From the NCBI GenBank assembly GCA_964199315.1, contig OZ116711.1, positions 22,878,001-22,942,000 of the forward strand: DNA of 64,000 bases, in the 5' to 3' direction. This document shows positions 48,394-60,700 of this stretch, in pieces (within the stretch, counting starts at the first letter, position 1; each line of letters begins with the position of its first letter). This DNA comes from Orbicella franksi (lineage: Eukaryota). Under the pieces are notes generated by a model. It worked only from the letters and a program-made list of their open reading frames with translations, was not told the origin of the DNA and made no database searches. A program made the translations under genes and the position numbers.

Positions 48394-51300
48394 TAGGTTG
48401 ATCTGCAACTTGAACTTCACTGTTAAATATGCGACCATTTTTGTGGATCTAGTCGTGCACGTGTTTACTGCGATACCTTCCATTCAGCGGCACACCCCCA
48501 CCTCCTCCTCTTCACCACCCCCCCCCCCCCCATCGAGATGTACCCTAGACGGGGGGAGAATTGGTATGAAAGTCGAACCACATATTACGAGTAATTCTAT
48601 ATTACAGACAATGAATTTGGTCCCATAGAAACCTGAATTCATATAAATGTAATCTACTTCTGTAATACAAACACTCATGTCTGGCCCTTTAGTTTCCGTA
48701 TTAAAGCGGTAAGGCTGTAGTTTTCGGTAGAATCAATGTCTGACCACACTTCGGAGAATACTCGTTTTTAATGCGTCTTTACTCAAGCGGAATGCTTTGC
48801 TCTCTTTCATGATCTGTATATTACATAGATTCTTCTTACATTATTCTACATTGTTGTCCTATTTACATATTCTAGGTGCGAGTTTTTCTTAACCACAAAA
48901 TTACCTTTAAATTCTAAACTTTAAGTTTTCAGCGTGGCAGAAAACAACAAAGAAGTAACTACTAATGTAAATAACAAGTACCCGGCCTTACGACCGAACT
49001 AGGAAGATTAATTAGCAAAGACTAATGCTATAAACTATACTGTGTACATCGAGCGATATTTTTTCAAGTTGTACCGCCTCGCGACGGAGTTCCCTTTAGT
49101 ATCTGAAAATTTGCCTTCCCTATTTGTCCTGGAAGGAGAACCGTTTTCAAAATCGATTCACTATCATATTTTTGTATATCAAGGTTTCCTGCACACTTTG
49201 ACCTTACGAGAGACAAAAATATTTGGTTCTGTTTTCGTAAATATTTTAGAAATCGATCGCGAACCACACAATCTGCATGTTGCCTTTCGATGCCTTTGTC
49301 TTGTTGGCAATATTGTTTTGCAATTTTGTTGGAAAAATACTAAAGCTTTAGTTCACATTTTCTCGTTCAAGTGAATATGAACATGGAACGGCGAAATGTT
49401 TGGGGAACGCTGACAAACCGGAGCCTATCTGGGGAAGGGTGAGGAGGGGATTGGCTAGTCGCTTTTCCTGCTAACTGAATGTGCGTGCAGACGTAGCGTG
49501 TTAAACATCTGCAATATGCGCTACCTATACTGGGGAAATTAGAGAGCGAAACGTAGTCCATAAGGTGTCTATTAAGGTTAGGTCTGAGAAACGGAGGGAA
49601 AATCGCATCATTTTGAATAAACGAGTCAAGGAAGGTTTCGGTGAGGGGTGTCACACCCATGGCCAAAATTCCAAGAAGCAATAGTTTAAAGACAGCTTTG
49701 TCCGATTAGCACAATACTGGGACGGGGGCCAAGGTTATATTTTTCAAAGACAAACCTTGTCTTTTTATGTCTGTAGCTGATAAAAAAATCCGATAAGAAC
49801 TTCCTTTTCGTCAGGGTCGTAGGGTGCATTGTCTTTTCAAACTGTGGTTTTCCTGTCATCTACTTAGCACCGTCAAGCACTACAAACAGCCTGTGAAAAG
49901 GAAGCCAAACCAACCACAACCCTTGCATCCTTGCCAAAAATCGCATAGTGCGACCAGACAATATCAAACAAATAGCTACTGGCTAGACCGAAGCTTAACA
50001 GGATTAAAGAAAATTTCCGTGTTCCAATCCTTACCGTATAGCATCTCTTATTTACTTCGCATGAGATCCCCTCCCTCGGTTCCGACGATATATTTTTTTC
50101 TATATTCTGTCATCAGCTATTTATGTTACCCTTTGTAGTCAAGCAATTTTTAATTTTGTGGATGAGACCCTAAGAGATGGCTATCAAAATTAACGTTATT
50201 GAACAGTACTTTCAAGTCGTATTGTATGTGATGCTGTACAAGTTATACCGACGTTTCTAACTTGTGTGTGACCTGTCAAATGTGTTTGCGAGCTATTGAA
50301 CTTTGACACTCTTTAGCAGCGAAAGACTTTACTCAGACGGTAAAGACTACCGATTTAACAAACGATTTAAGGCTACCGTACGTGTTAATTTGATTAGCAA
50401 GGAGTCAAATGCGGCGATTTTTTGAGCTTAAATTCACCTAAAAAAAAAAAAAAAAAAAACGACTTCGTCGGTGGCTTAAGAAACGGGCACGCGAGGATTA
50501 CAACACTTAGTATAGCAGTAGAATGGACTCAAGGAATCACATTAGCTTGTCTTTTAGCAGCTACTTCTCATCCCCTATGTTAACCCGTTGCTAATCAACT
50601 TCGTCCGCAGTCGCATTTTCAGGGCTAAACTGATCCTCCCCAGCCTTCTTTTCATGCAGTCGCTAATTCCCACGTTACGTGATAATCCTTGAGAGGACAT
50701 AGGATCGCATTCGGCCGGCTCGACTGAAATTTGAATTAACCAGTCGGGATTCTGCTGACGGGAAAAACCCTACTGTCCTTACGTCAAATGCACGTTAATT
50801 GAAGTTGGGCATATTTCCTCACTGGAGACGGCATTAAATATTCACGAAAAAGGATTTTTTGACACCAAAAGCCATATCAGATTGTAAAGAGTGAAAAATT
50901 TGAAACACTTTGAGTCTCCAACTTTTAATTTAGCGCCAAAATTGGGTCGCCCGCTCTCGGCAACTCGCTCTTCGATCGCTGTCGCCAGGTAGGATAATAG
51001 TTGTGTCATTCTGGACAATTTGAACAAAACATGCTCTTCCTCGTCAAATTAAACCAAGAAGTTCTCGAGTTAGTTATTAGAAGAAGCAAAAGCAACTTAG
51101 AACTGTCTTTATTTTTTGTTAGCTGCATGTGAAGAAAAACACTATTATCGTGTCGCTTCGGTAGGACAGCTAAGTTTTGACTGCCGCTTGTAATGCGGGC
51201 GCAGCCATCGTATGCAAGGCGGTATTGTACCGGAACTAGCGTGCAATGGAGGCTCAAGCCAGGGAATATCATTACAAAGAGACGAATTATAATGCATTTG

Positions 51301-51900
51301 AAAAGATTCCCCGATATTGGCCTCAGTATCAAGCTAGTCCCAGTCCAATACTTAGGATACGTTCGAAGCGAAGCTGATGCGTTTCGTGTGGACAGAAAAC
51401 AATTTGAAAACGAGCTTTTTAAAAACAATGACCTCACGATAATCATGTGATTTCCAAATCCAAAATGACCATTGATTGTTGCGTTTTCAAATTCCTCCGG
51501 GGTGGTATGGACGGAAAACATTTGACGCGTTTTCAGAGCGAAACCTCCGTTTTCAAATTCCTCTGGCGTAGTGTGGGCGAGACCTCAAATCTCCGAATTT
51601 ATTTCATGATATCTTTTGTGAACAATTATATACCCATCTTCATCAATTTGTTACAAATGTAAATTACGTTTATGAATTTACCTTGAAAACGTTTTAACTA
51701 AGTCGTCCGAAAAGCTTCTGACGCATACGTTAAATGTAGGAGACTATACTCTTCAAATGCACTAACAAATGCACATTTGCTGCCGGCGATTGCCGGCGAT
51801 AATATTTGCTAGCATCTAGTCATAAATCAAACAGGTTGTAAATTTCAAAACCAGGGACTCGGGTACTTTAGATCGTCGGGTGCTTTACTAATAGACCTAA

Positions 51901-53715
51901 GCTGTTCACTGTATCCCAAATACCTAAAGTTGCATGCTCGGATCATTACACTATCCTAGGAAAGCCGTCACAAAACCTGCACCTAAATCAGTGGTAAACA
52001 CGACTGATCAAGACACGTGATTTACGGGATAGTGCGTGGCGCGCGCTGCGCCGGTGAATGACGCAAGAGGATTGGTCACCAATTCATAGTGCTTCCTCAT
52101 GCGAGGAAAAATTCAAGCTGTTTATGTCAGATCTCAACACAACTTTTGATATGTTCCTTCCCCATAGAGTGATTAGGAAACATCCAACGGACCACCCCTG
52201 GATTACAACTAAGATCAAAAATCGATCCATAGGCGTCAATCTGCATTTATTCATCAAGGAAAGAACTCAATGGCTTATCGACTTTGGAGAAATAAGGTGC
52301 AACGAGGTATTAAAGCTGCTAAATATCATTACTATCACAATAAGGCTGCTAAACTGGAACAAATCAATCCGGCGAAGTGGTGGAGAGAGATAAAGAAGCT
52401 CACAGGACAAGACATTCAACTGGAATAGCATCACCAGTTCCTTCTCAGCGACATTAAATCCCTGGCAAATAAGATTAACGACTTTTTTGGTGAGCCTCAC
52501 GAATCATTCTCCCCCCTCCACACTGCTTCAAGGAGCCCCGCTTCTAACTGTTCTGCACGAACTTCTCGTGTCTGAGGGTGAGGTCTACAGATCTTTATCC
52601 TTCCTTCAAGTGGCCAGGGCAGTCGGACCCGACAATATTCCAAACAAGATATTAGAACACTTTGCTCCCTAGTCAGCCCCCAATCATTCGCGATATTTAT
52701 ATTAAAAAAAACCTAAAATCTTGTAGCTCGTTACACGTTCTATTACATTATCGTCTATTTTGATTGGTCTTACAAGTAGCAAAAAATAGAGTTATTTAGA
52801 AAGTTAAGGTTACCTCAAACCTTCGCGGGGCTATATTGGTCGATTTTTTTTTTGGTCAAGAAAATTAATGTCCACGAAGCACAAGTTTGCATTCTGTGAA
52901 CGCTAGGGGTTCTGTTATTTCATTGGCTCGCGGCTTTCAAGTTGACACATTCCTCTGTGAAGGCGTGATATGTTTATAAATCTTTAGAAGGCGAAAACTC
53001 GCACTCGTATTTCCAGAGAATCCCTTCTCTAGGGTATGCAGATTTGCCGGTTTTCCATGAAATTTGGTCAGAACATTCACTGATAGGTATGGAACAAAAG
53101 CGTTATCGGCGAATTCCTTTATTTCAAATACTTTCCTCATGGTGGCCTTTAACGTAACAGGCTACGCGAATTTTTCGATAGTCGAACTTGACAGATCTAT
53201 AAAAAGATAACCAATAGAAATAAAAGAAAATGCTGACATGTTTTTGGAGATTGACGCTTTGTGATTAACATTGCACAGTTATTTTGCATGAACGATCGCA
53301 TTTGATACCCGATTAATTCGCTGGAACGTCAGTCGGTCATTTTGGAGTTGACGGCCTCTGCCGCCTTTGGAGAGCAAAATCCAAAACAAAACATAATTTT
53401 ATCGAATTTTACATTTTATAACCTTTTTGTTGATGTATAGTTTGTGGGGATTTCCTTGAAAACAGCGCGCGTTCGAATTTGTTTCTGGAGGACTCCCGCG
53501 AAGGTTTGAAGTAACCTTAATAACAATTTTTTTACCAAAGACTTAAGGAGTTCATAGGGATAATCTCCAGAGCTGACGCGCTCCTAACTTGGATTGCTGC
53601 ATTCTTGACCAATCGACAGCAGGCCTCTAGAATTGGAGGAACTATATCTGATTGGACAACACTAAAGGGAAGAGTATCCCAGGGGAATAAACTGGGTCCC
53701 ATTCTCTTTACGGTC
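51901..53715 (+). mobile_element. Second copy of the fragmented CR1/L2-like LINE remnant
   Basis: Duplicate of 46140-47950. ORFs 52058 and 52487 show DWSPIHSASSCEEKF and ARAVGPDNIPNKILEHFAP. Confidence 0.85.
52808..53516. mobile_element. Second copy of the Kolobok-like element (709 bp)
   Basis: TTAA at 52804-52807 and 53517-53520. Same TIRs as 47043-47751. Confidence 0.75.
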
Positions 53716-53900
53716 AGAATTTAACCCAGTTCATTCCCTTGGGGTACTCCTCTCTTTAGTGTAGTTTATCCCTATGAACTCGTTAAGACTTAGATTAGTT
53801 AGGTTTATTTAATATTATTTCTTGTACTGACCTAGCGCGTTAATTCAGTCTAAGACTGCCAGCGAGTTTTAATAAACTACTACTAATAAATGAATTGCTA

Positions 53901-54176
53901 CAATCACGGACAAAAGTCTTGTACAAATTTGCGCTTTTGGCGCTTTTGCGCACACGCCAGATACGAAGACAACTTCACCTGCCTAACCCCGCCCCCCACC
54001 ATCCATACAATGTTGAAAACTACTACCTGCAATTTCTTTCAACACTGCATTGGGTGGGGAGGGGGAACAGTAACACGTTTTTAGAAGGAAAGCAGCGCTT
54101 TTTTCAAACTTCAGTAGTAAAACACATACAATCCGTTAAATTACATAAGTGTCCCAAATACTTTTGTCCACGACTG
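53901..54176. mobile_element. Tc1/mariner-like MITE, intact copy (276 bp)
   Basis: TA flanks (53899-53900, 54177-54178). TIR CAATCACGGACAAAAGT versus CAGTCGTGGACAAAAGT matches at 14/17. Confidence 0.75.
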
Positions 54177-55304
54177 TAGGTTGATCTGCAACTTGAACAT
54201 CACTGTTAAATATGCGACCATTTTTGTGGATCTAGTCGTGCACGTGTTTACTGCGATACCTTCCATTCAGCGGCACACCCCCACCTCCTCCTCTTCACCA
54301 CCCCCCCCCCCATCGAGATGTACCCTAGAGGGGGGGAGAATTGGTATGAAAGTCGAACCACATATTACGAGTAATTCTATATTACAGACAATGAATTTGG
54401 TCCCATAGAAACCTGAATTCATATAAATGTAATCTACTTCTGTAATACAAACACTCATGTCTGGCCCTTTAGTTTCCGTATTAAAGCGGTAAGGCTGTAG
54501 TTTTCGGTAGAATCAATGTCTGACCACACTTCGGAGAATACTCGTTTTTAATGCGTCTTTACTCAAGCGGAATGTTTTGCTCTCTTTCATGATCTGTATA
54601 TTACATAGATTCTTCTTACATTATTCTACATTGTTGTCCTATTTACATATTCTATATTTTGGCATGCTTTTGGAACTAATCCAATAAATACAACCTTTAA
54701 GCAGACGAAATCTACGAAAGCAGACGGGATTTAGTAATTTCATTCATTAGCAAGAAAGAATGCGCATTTGTCGTATTCTCGTGGACAATTACCTAAAAAT
54801 GCCTACACAGAGAAAGTGAACAAAACTCATGTACAATAAAAAACAGAAAACCTCTACAAGGGAAAAAGCATCTTGCCAAGAATAGGGGTGAAAACGGTTC
54901 CTTATTGCCCAGAAAAGAAACACCCGCCTCTGTACTAAGAATTTAATGATCCGTCTTGGCACCATTCGCGTTTATGTTTGAGTAAACCAGAGTACTTTTC
55001 TCCGAGACAAGCTATATGTTGGCTATATGTTGGAGGAAAACTAACAGTCCATGCTATGATTCCTCCTCAGGTTTTTTTCTACCCCACCCCCCCTCCCCCT
55101 TACCATCTTTTTAGCCAATCTCAAGACTCATTTATATCTACATAGATAGCCCCTTAGTGGTTTAGTCAGTGACCGTTTGTCGTGCTTACATCTCGCAGAT
55201 GTAGAGGCTTCAGCGACTTTGGCCTCGTGAGAACTGGCAAGCACGATCAGTGCTTAATACAGAGCTGATAACAGGTGACGATGGAGATCGTGTTCTCTTA
55301 CTCA

Positions 55305-55506
55305 TAATAGGCCCTTTGCACGATCCGGTCACATGGTACGGAATAAATTATGCTGGGACGCAAGTTACAGAGTGGGACTTCTAAAACAAAGGAGAGTCGG
55401 GCTGGACTGGTACGAGTTCCTTTGTTTTGGAAGTCCCACTGTGTAACCTGCGTCCCAGCATAATTAATTCCATACCATGTGACCGGATCATGCAAAAAGC
55501 CTATTA
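55305..55506. mobile_element. Foldback MITE (about 89-bp arms, 24-bp spacer)
   Basis: The left arm taataggccctttgcacgatccggtcacatgg...aaacaaagga matches the reverse complement of the right arm at about 81/89. TA dinucleotides flank a GGCC...GCC core. Confidence 0.75.
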
Positions 55507-56590
55507 AAATAAAACCAGGGGAAATAAGCGCTTCATTGTCTTCCTAGAAAGTGTCAAGTACCCATTTTTCATTACCCAAGTTAGACTCTGGAGTCGGAAA
55601 AATTGGTTTTATACTAGCTATGCAACACTTTCGAGTGGCATAGCATGGAATATCCCACGAGTCACCTGTATTTTCCCGGAATACACGCGAAATTTAAGGC
55701 AACTGTGTATAACAAGAAAATGTAAGTGACAAGTGGGATATTCCAACGGTATTCTACAAGACGCACAACTACATTATTTCATGCCATAGAAAACACAGTG
55801 GCAAACACAATCAATGCTACATACCCGCGGTGCTCGATGGGAAGGTTGGGTATACTACCGCCAAATATAGGGGAATCTTTGTTTACAATATTTGCGTCAT
55901 TACCATAAGCGATACAGTTTCTGATGGAGCTACAAAGAGATTAATAATGAATATTGAAAGGGTACAGCACGATTAACTGTCCCAAGGAATTTGAGCGCGA
56001 TGTATTGACTACTTTTTGTGCGACGCGGGTTTAGAAGCTCAAAATTTTACAAAGAATGTATGAGCTCATTAGCGCTTTTGCCACACAGAAATTTTGATGT
56101 TTTTGAAAGCCAAATTCTCCTCGAATATCACACCAAAAGAGCCAAAACTTTCACCACCTACTAAGTTCCACAAGCTCTTTAAGTTTTTTTCGAATAAAAT
56201 CGTGTCTAGCATGATGCCTTCTATGCGCAAAGTCGTATGTTAATGAGGACAAACGTAAACAATGACGCCAGCAAAGATTCGCCTATACGACGGCTTTCCT
56301 GTATTCTCATGCCATTGACTGCATTTTCTGTGGTATGGTATAAAACGTAATAGGCAAGCCTCGTGAAACTAAGTGATCAGCAGGACAGAAATCAATTGCG
56401 TAGTTAAAATTTATGTTGTAATTCTAGGTTCTTATCTAAAGGTACGTCTCTAAGTCTCTCGAGACGAACCTCTATACTACTGCTTCTATCCTTCTACTTA
56501 AAAGCAGAGGTGCATAATGGACTGGAATATAGCGTCTGCTATACTTGAGGTCCTTTAGTTTAGAACATCAGACAGTTTTACAGCCAAGAT

Positions 56591-57739
56591 TCAGCAGCTT
56601 GAAGACTTGTGTTGACAAACACATACTGGAGCGTTTTTCTCTAAAGAGGCAACGTCGTCAATATTTTCAGGAGCGTGTTTTTCACAAGAGCCATGAGAAC
56701 TGCTAGAGTGTTGATAGCACGGGTTGGTAGGAGACCGTCCCATTGTGCCTCCGCCGCTCTGTACGCTTCGGGGGCCCGTACACTTGGCACCACTCTCGCT
56801 CGTACCATGCGAGTCTTCACGGGGCTGTAGACGCAGTACCTCTTTGAATGCCTGTCTGAAGGAACGGTTGAGCGCGTTGTAGATCAAAGGGTTGTTAGCA
56901 TGGTTGGAGACCACTAAGAGGAAAGACATCATGTCTAACCAGTGAGGTATATTGAAACCAGGCTGCACCATTTGAACAATGTTCACCACACTGGCGGGAA
57001 TGTAGCAGATAATGAACACGATGATGACTGTAAACAATGTTGTAGCGATTCGGACGTCTTCGACATTAACTGACGGCTGGCTCCGGCGGAGATTTTCCAT
57101 GATTGCTCCATGGGACTTAATAATTTTGTAGATTTTTAGATAGCAGAAGAGTATTATGGAGAAGGGCGCTATCACAATGATGAGAGCAAATGTAATCGTG
57201 TAGGAGATGTTGCGGCTGAACAAAAAATGGCAGACACATTTCCCGACCTGATACTCATGCGCAGACCAGCCAAAGATGGGCGCGATTGACAACACAAATG
57301 GCACAAGCCACGTGACCGCCAGAATTCGTAGGGTATTGCTGATGGTGTAAATCCTGTTGTACTTTCCACCCTCGACGATCTTGAAATACCTGTTTATACT
57401 GATTGCACACAGAGTAAGGAGCGACGTCGAGCCCAACAGGACTGTCAAGAAACCATTCAGTTTACAGACGTGTTCTCCAAAAATCCACTCGCCGCGGTTG
57501 ATAATGGTGGATAACATAAATATCAAATTCGCTGAGGCGAAAATATCCGCAATCGCGAGATTTATGAGGAAATAACTTCCAGTTATGCGTTGCGAGCGAC
57601 GTTGTTGCTGCCACAGGACAATCACAACAAGAATATTTCCGATCATTCCCAATAGAATGACAAGACTGACAAAGGGGACCAACAGACCGATAGATAATGA
57701 AGACCATTGGAAACTAGGCGCCACAGTTGAGCCCATCAT
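56591..57739 (-). CDS. Class A (rhodopsin-family) GPCR, melatonin-receptor-like orphan, single coding exon, 382 aa
   Basis: Seven hydrophobic segments with GN (TM1), NLAIAD (TM2), the C3.25/ECL2 cysteines, NRY in place of DRY, TW (TM4), FCY (TM5), CYIP (TM6), NPLIY (TM7) and helix-8 FRQAF. A splice acceptor (tttcctgctttcag at 57764) implies a 5'UTR intron. Confidence 0.93.
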   Translation of the reverse strand: MMGSTVAPSFQWSSLSIGLLVPFVSLVILLGMIGNILVVIVLWQQQRRSQRITGSYFLINLAIADIFASANLIFMLSTIINRGEWIFGEHVCKLNGFLTVLLGSTSLLTLCAISINRYFKIVEGGKYNRIYTISNTLRILAVTWLVPFVLSIAPIFGWSAHEYQVGKCVCHFLFSRNISYTITFALIIVIAPFSIILFCYLKIYKIIKSHGAIMENLRRSQPSVNVEDVRIATTLFTVIIVFIICYIPASVVNIVQMVQPGFNIPHWLDMMSFLLVVSNHANNPLIYNALNRSFRQAFKEVLRLQPREDSHGTSESGAKCTGPRSVQSGGGTMGRSPTNPCYQHSSSSHGSCEKHAPENIDDVASLEKNAPVCVCQHKSSSC

Positions 57740-60700
57740 CTGCTGGATGACACGGGCTTAAAGCTGAAAGCAGGAAATAAATGATAGATATAATTTCAGC
57801 CAATACTAATCAGACCGTGTTTAAATATTTCCCCTTGACTTTTCTAGATATTCCATGAAGAAAGCTGAGAATTCGAAGTGCATATGTTTCAAAACAGCTC
57901 AAACTTTTGGAGTACCTCCAAGAAATTTATAACATTGTGTTTTTATGATCCCATGAAAAGCTCTTTTTAAAAGTTTAATATTTTTGACGAGCCCTATATA
58001 CTGGGAAAGTTTAATAAGTAAGTGTATGGTTTTTTTATGGATGCTGATATGCCTAGTCAAAAACAGATAGAACTACTACGTATTGTGTATGGATTAAAAA
58101 GACTGAAATATGTGGCACAAAAAAATGTGTTTCAAGAGGATCAGTGTCAGACGAAATACGATCAACTCATAAACATTGCTGAAAGAAACAATAACAAATA
58201 AAATAACAAATATACATTTTGAAAATCTTTTTTAAACACAATTCTTACTATATTTCTTTCAGGTAAGAATTCGGTTAATTATGCACCGACAAAAGAAAAT
58301 GTAAAAATTAACAAACAATTGGTTATGTAATTTTAAGTTTTGTTTGTGATCCGCGAGCTAGGCGTCAGCGTTCTGAGGTTTTATTAAAAACCTTGCTTTC
58401 TTTAGTAATGATCTACTTATAAAGACTTGCTGTGCCGCAAGGGCTTATTAGCATATTGTAACAAGCATTCCAGCCAACATTTCTATATAGCAGGGGTACT
58501 GAATCAAAGTCAGAGCCTAACTTTAAAAATGAGATCAATCGCCTAATGTCCTCCTCGTACTCACACACGGCAAACATGGAAATCAGTTTTTTCATTTTTT
58601 ATCTAAGTCTACTCTTGTAACTGATGTTTTTACCGGCCTTGTGTAAATAGTGCATGTATTGTATTCATATGTAAATGTGTACGTAGTCAGCGACAATTAG
58701 GACCTTAATAAAATTTACCGCACAGGAATTTAAGTTGTCAGCTACTGCATCGGCACAAGGTGTGCGAAACTGACAAGGAGATCTAACAATTATATAAATA
58801 CTAAAAACAAGAAAAATGCTATAAATTATCAAGAAGCAAGAAAAGAAATAAATATTGATGAATTTCATGTGAGACCTAAGCCAGCAGAAATGATCCCTCG
58901 AAAAGCAGAAGAAAATTCTATTCAACTCACTGCAAAAGTTTTACTTACTTGACACTATAATGACTTTACTTTAGGCGGATTAAAGTCTAAATATCCAGCT
59001 GCAATAACAATCCTTCGCGTTTCGAAAACTGTAAATGGGCGATCTAGATAGTTAAATATTCGCTCTGGACTGCCAGGACGCTGCCAAGCAAATCTGTGGA
59101 GCTGAGAAGCATCTCGCTTTCGGACAGCATATAACATAGCATACCCTCTTTGGCATGTGCCCAGCCTTGCCTGGCGGCTTTCGAGTTATCTTTAATAGTA
59201 CCGACTTAATTCTCCAGCAAAACGTAGGCGCGCGACAAAGCGTTTCCAGGTCGGGCCACGTTTTGTGGGCTTTTACTAGGCGTTTTAAGGGCGTTAAATG
59301 AATGTTATTTGAAGAAATTAGTTCACGACTACACCGCCGGATTGCAACTGAAACTTTGCTTTCTTTGAGGGGTGTATTGCTTCTAATTGAGCACAACCAT
59401 CGCTCAAAAAGATTTCAGTTTTCGATTCTAAGCCGAAGAGAATTCGTACAACGGAAATGCTTTGAGGTTTGATTCGGATCTCACAGTTGACTTCTTACAT
59501 GGCTTTTTAAATCTGCAAAGAACACGACCGCGGATGCAGATAAAAATTCCGACAAAAGATCTATAATCTTCTTACGGTTATCGGAAACATATTTTGACGG
59601 AATAAAAACAATGTGGGAATATCTGGAAACCTTTAGAGGTCTTCGTCGGCCCGGGTTTGTAATTCACAATTCCCGAAATTGCTGTATCTGAACACCATTA
59701 AATTTTTTTCCTTATGTTTTTTCTCTTTTTCAGGAAGAACTAAGGGACTCTATCTATAGATCTGGTCTATAATTGTCGATTCTGAAACCGCATTTCGCCA
59801 CTAATGTCACCATTAGCTTTACTACTTTATCGCAAATGTACATCTTTGCTCAATCTACGTATTTCTGTCTCTTTCATGTACAAATAAGTACATGTTTTTA
59901 GCGTAAGGTTAAATGTCATTACTTTTCAACCAGAACGTGAAATCGAGGACTTTCTAAAAGCATCAATGGCAAGGTGCAACTAGAGATTATAAAAATCCGC
60001 TTAAAAATCTTCATATGCGGACAGTGGAACAGTTAGCATCTATTTTGATCATTACGAAGACTGGTTTCTTTCTGGCCTTTATGTCAAGTGATAAATGGTA
60101 GGTATCTCCGAAAGAAAAGCTTTTAGATCAAAAGATAGCCATCGCTCCTTTCGCGATTCGTGTTTCCGAAATTAGACTTACCTGCTAGCATGTATTACCT
60201 TAAGGTCCGATTATTAAATGAATTGAAAAGAATTTGAAACGAAACACGCGTAAAGAAGGCTTTAAACCGCTTTGTATGGCGACTTCAAAACGGCGGTGAC
60301 AAGAGTTAGCCGACTGTACTAAACAAAAAGTGAACCTCAACTAAACGCGGTCTGATTGAAGATCAAGAGGAACACTTCATCACTTACTTAGCCAAGGTCA
60401 CATAGGTACAAAGACCAATTTTTCACTAATTTTAACGATTTAGAGCCTTTTAAATTAAAATATCGCGTTAAAATGTTTCAGTCGACTACGCGAGGTTCTC
60501 TTTGAAGACCTATAGACTTCAATGGCGTCGATTTTTCTACGCGAATCCTCGCTTCATTTTGGCTGGCGACCAAAATCAAGAATTTCATAGTATACATGTT
60601 TGCTTTCATAAAGTTAAAATTAAGTTTTCACTAATTGTCCCGATTCCCTTCATACAGATACTTGCCGTTTTATGAACAGCCATAGGAGCCTACTCGAATT

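Larger units (their letters stand above)
43119..48874. repeat. Tandem segmental duplication, copy 1 (5756 bp)
   Basis: Starts ggtgcgagtttttcttaacc at 43119. The same sequence restarts at 48875. Paired ORFs are offset by 5756-5783 bp (e.g. 43286/49042, 44068/49824, 46297/52058). Confidence 0.97.
48875..54654. repeat. Tandem segmental duplication, copy 2 (5780 bp)
   Basis: Ends ...atttacatattcta at 54654, matching 48874. The head-to-tail junction at 48874/48875 has only 1 bp of microhomology (A). Confidence 0.97.

Noticed and set aside
59052-59396. 114-aa minus-strand ORF upstream of the GPCR
   Set aside because: No recognisable motif. Overlapping short frames in repeat-like DNA suggest a TE relic or chance.
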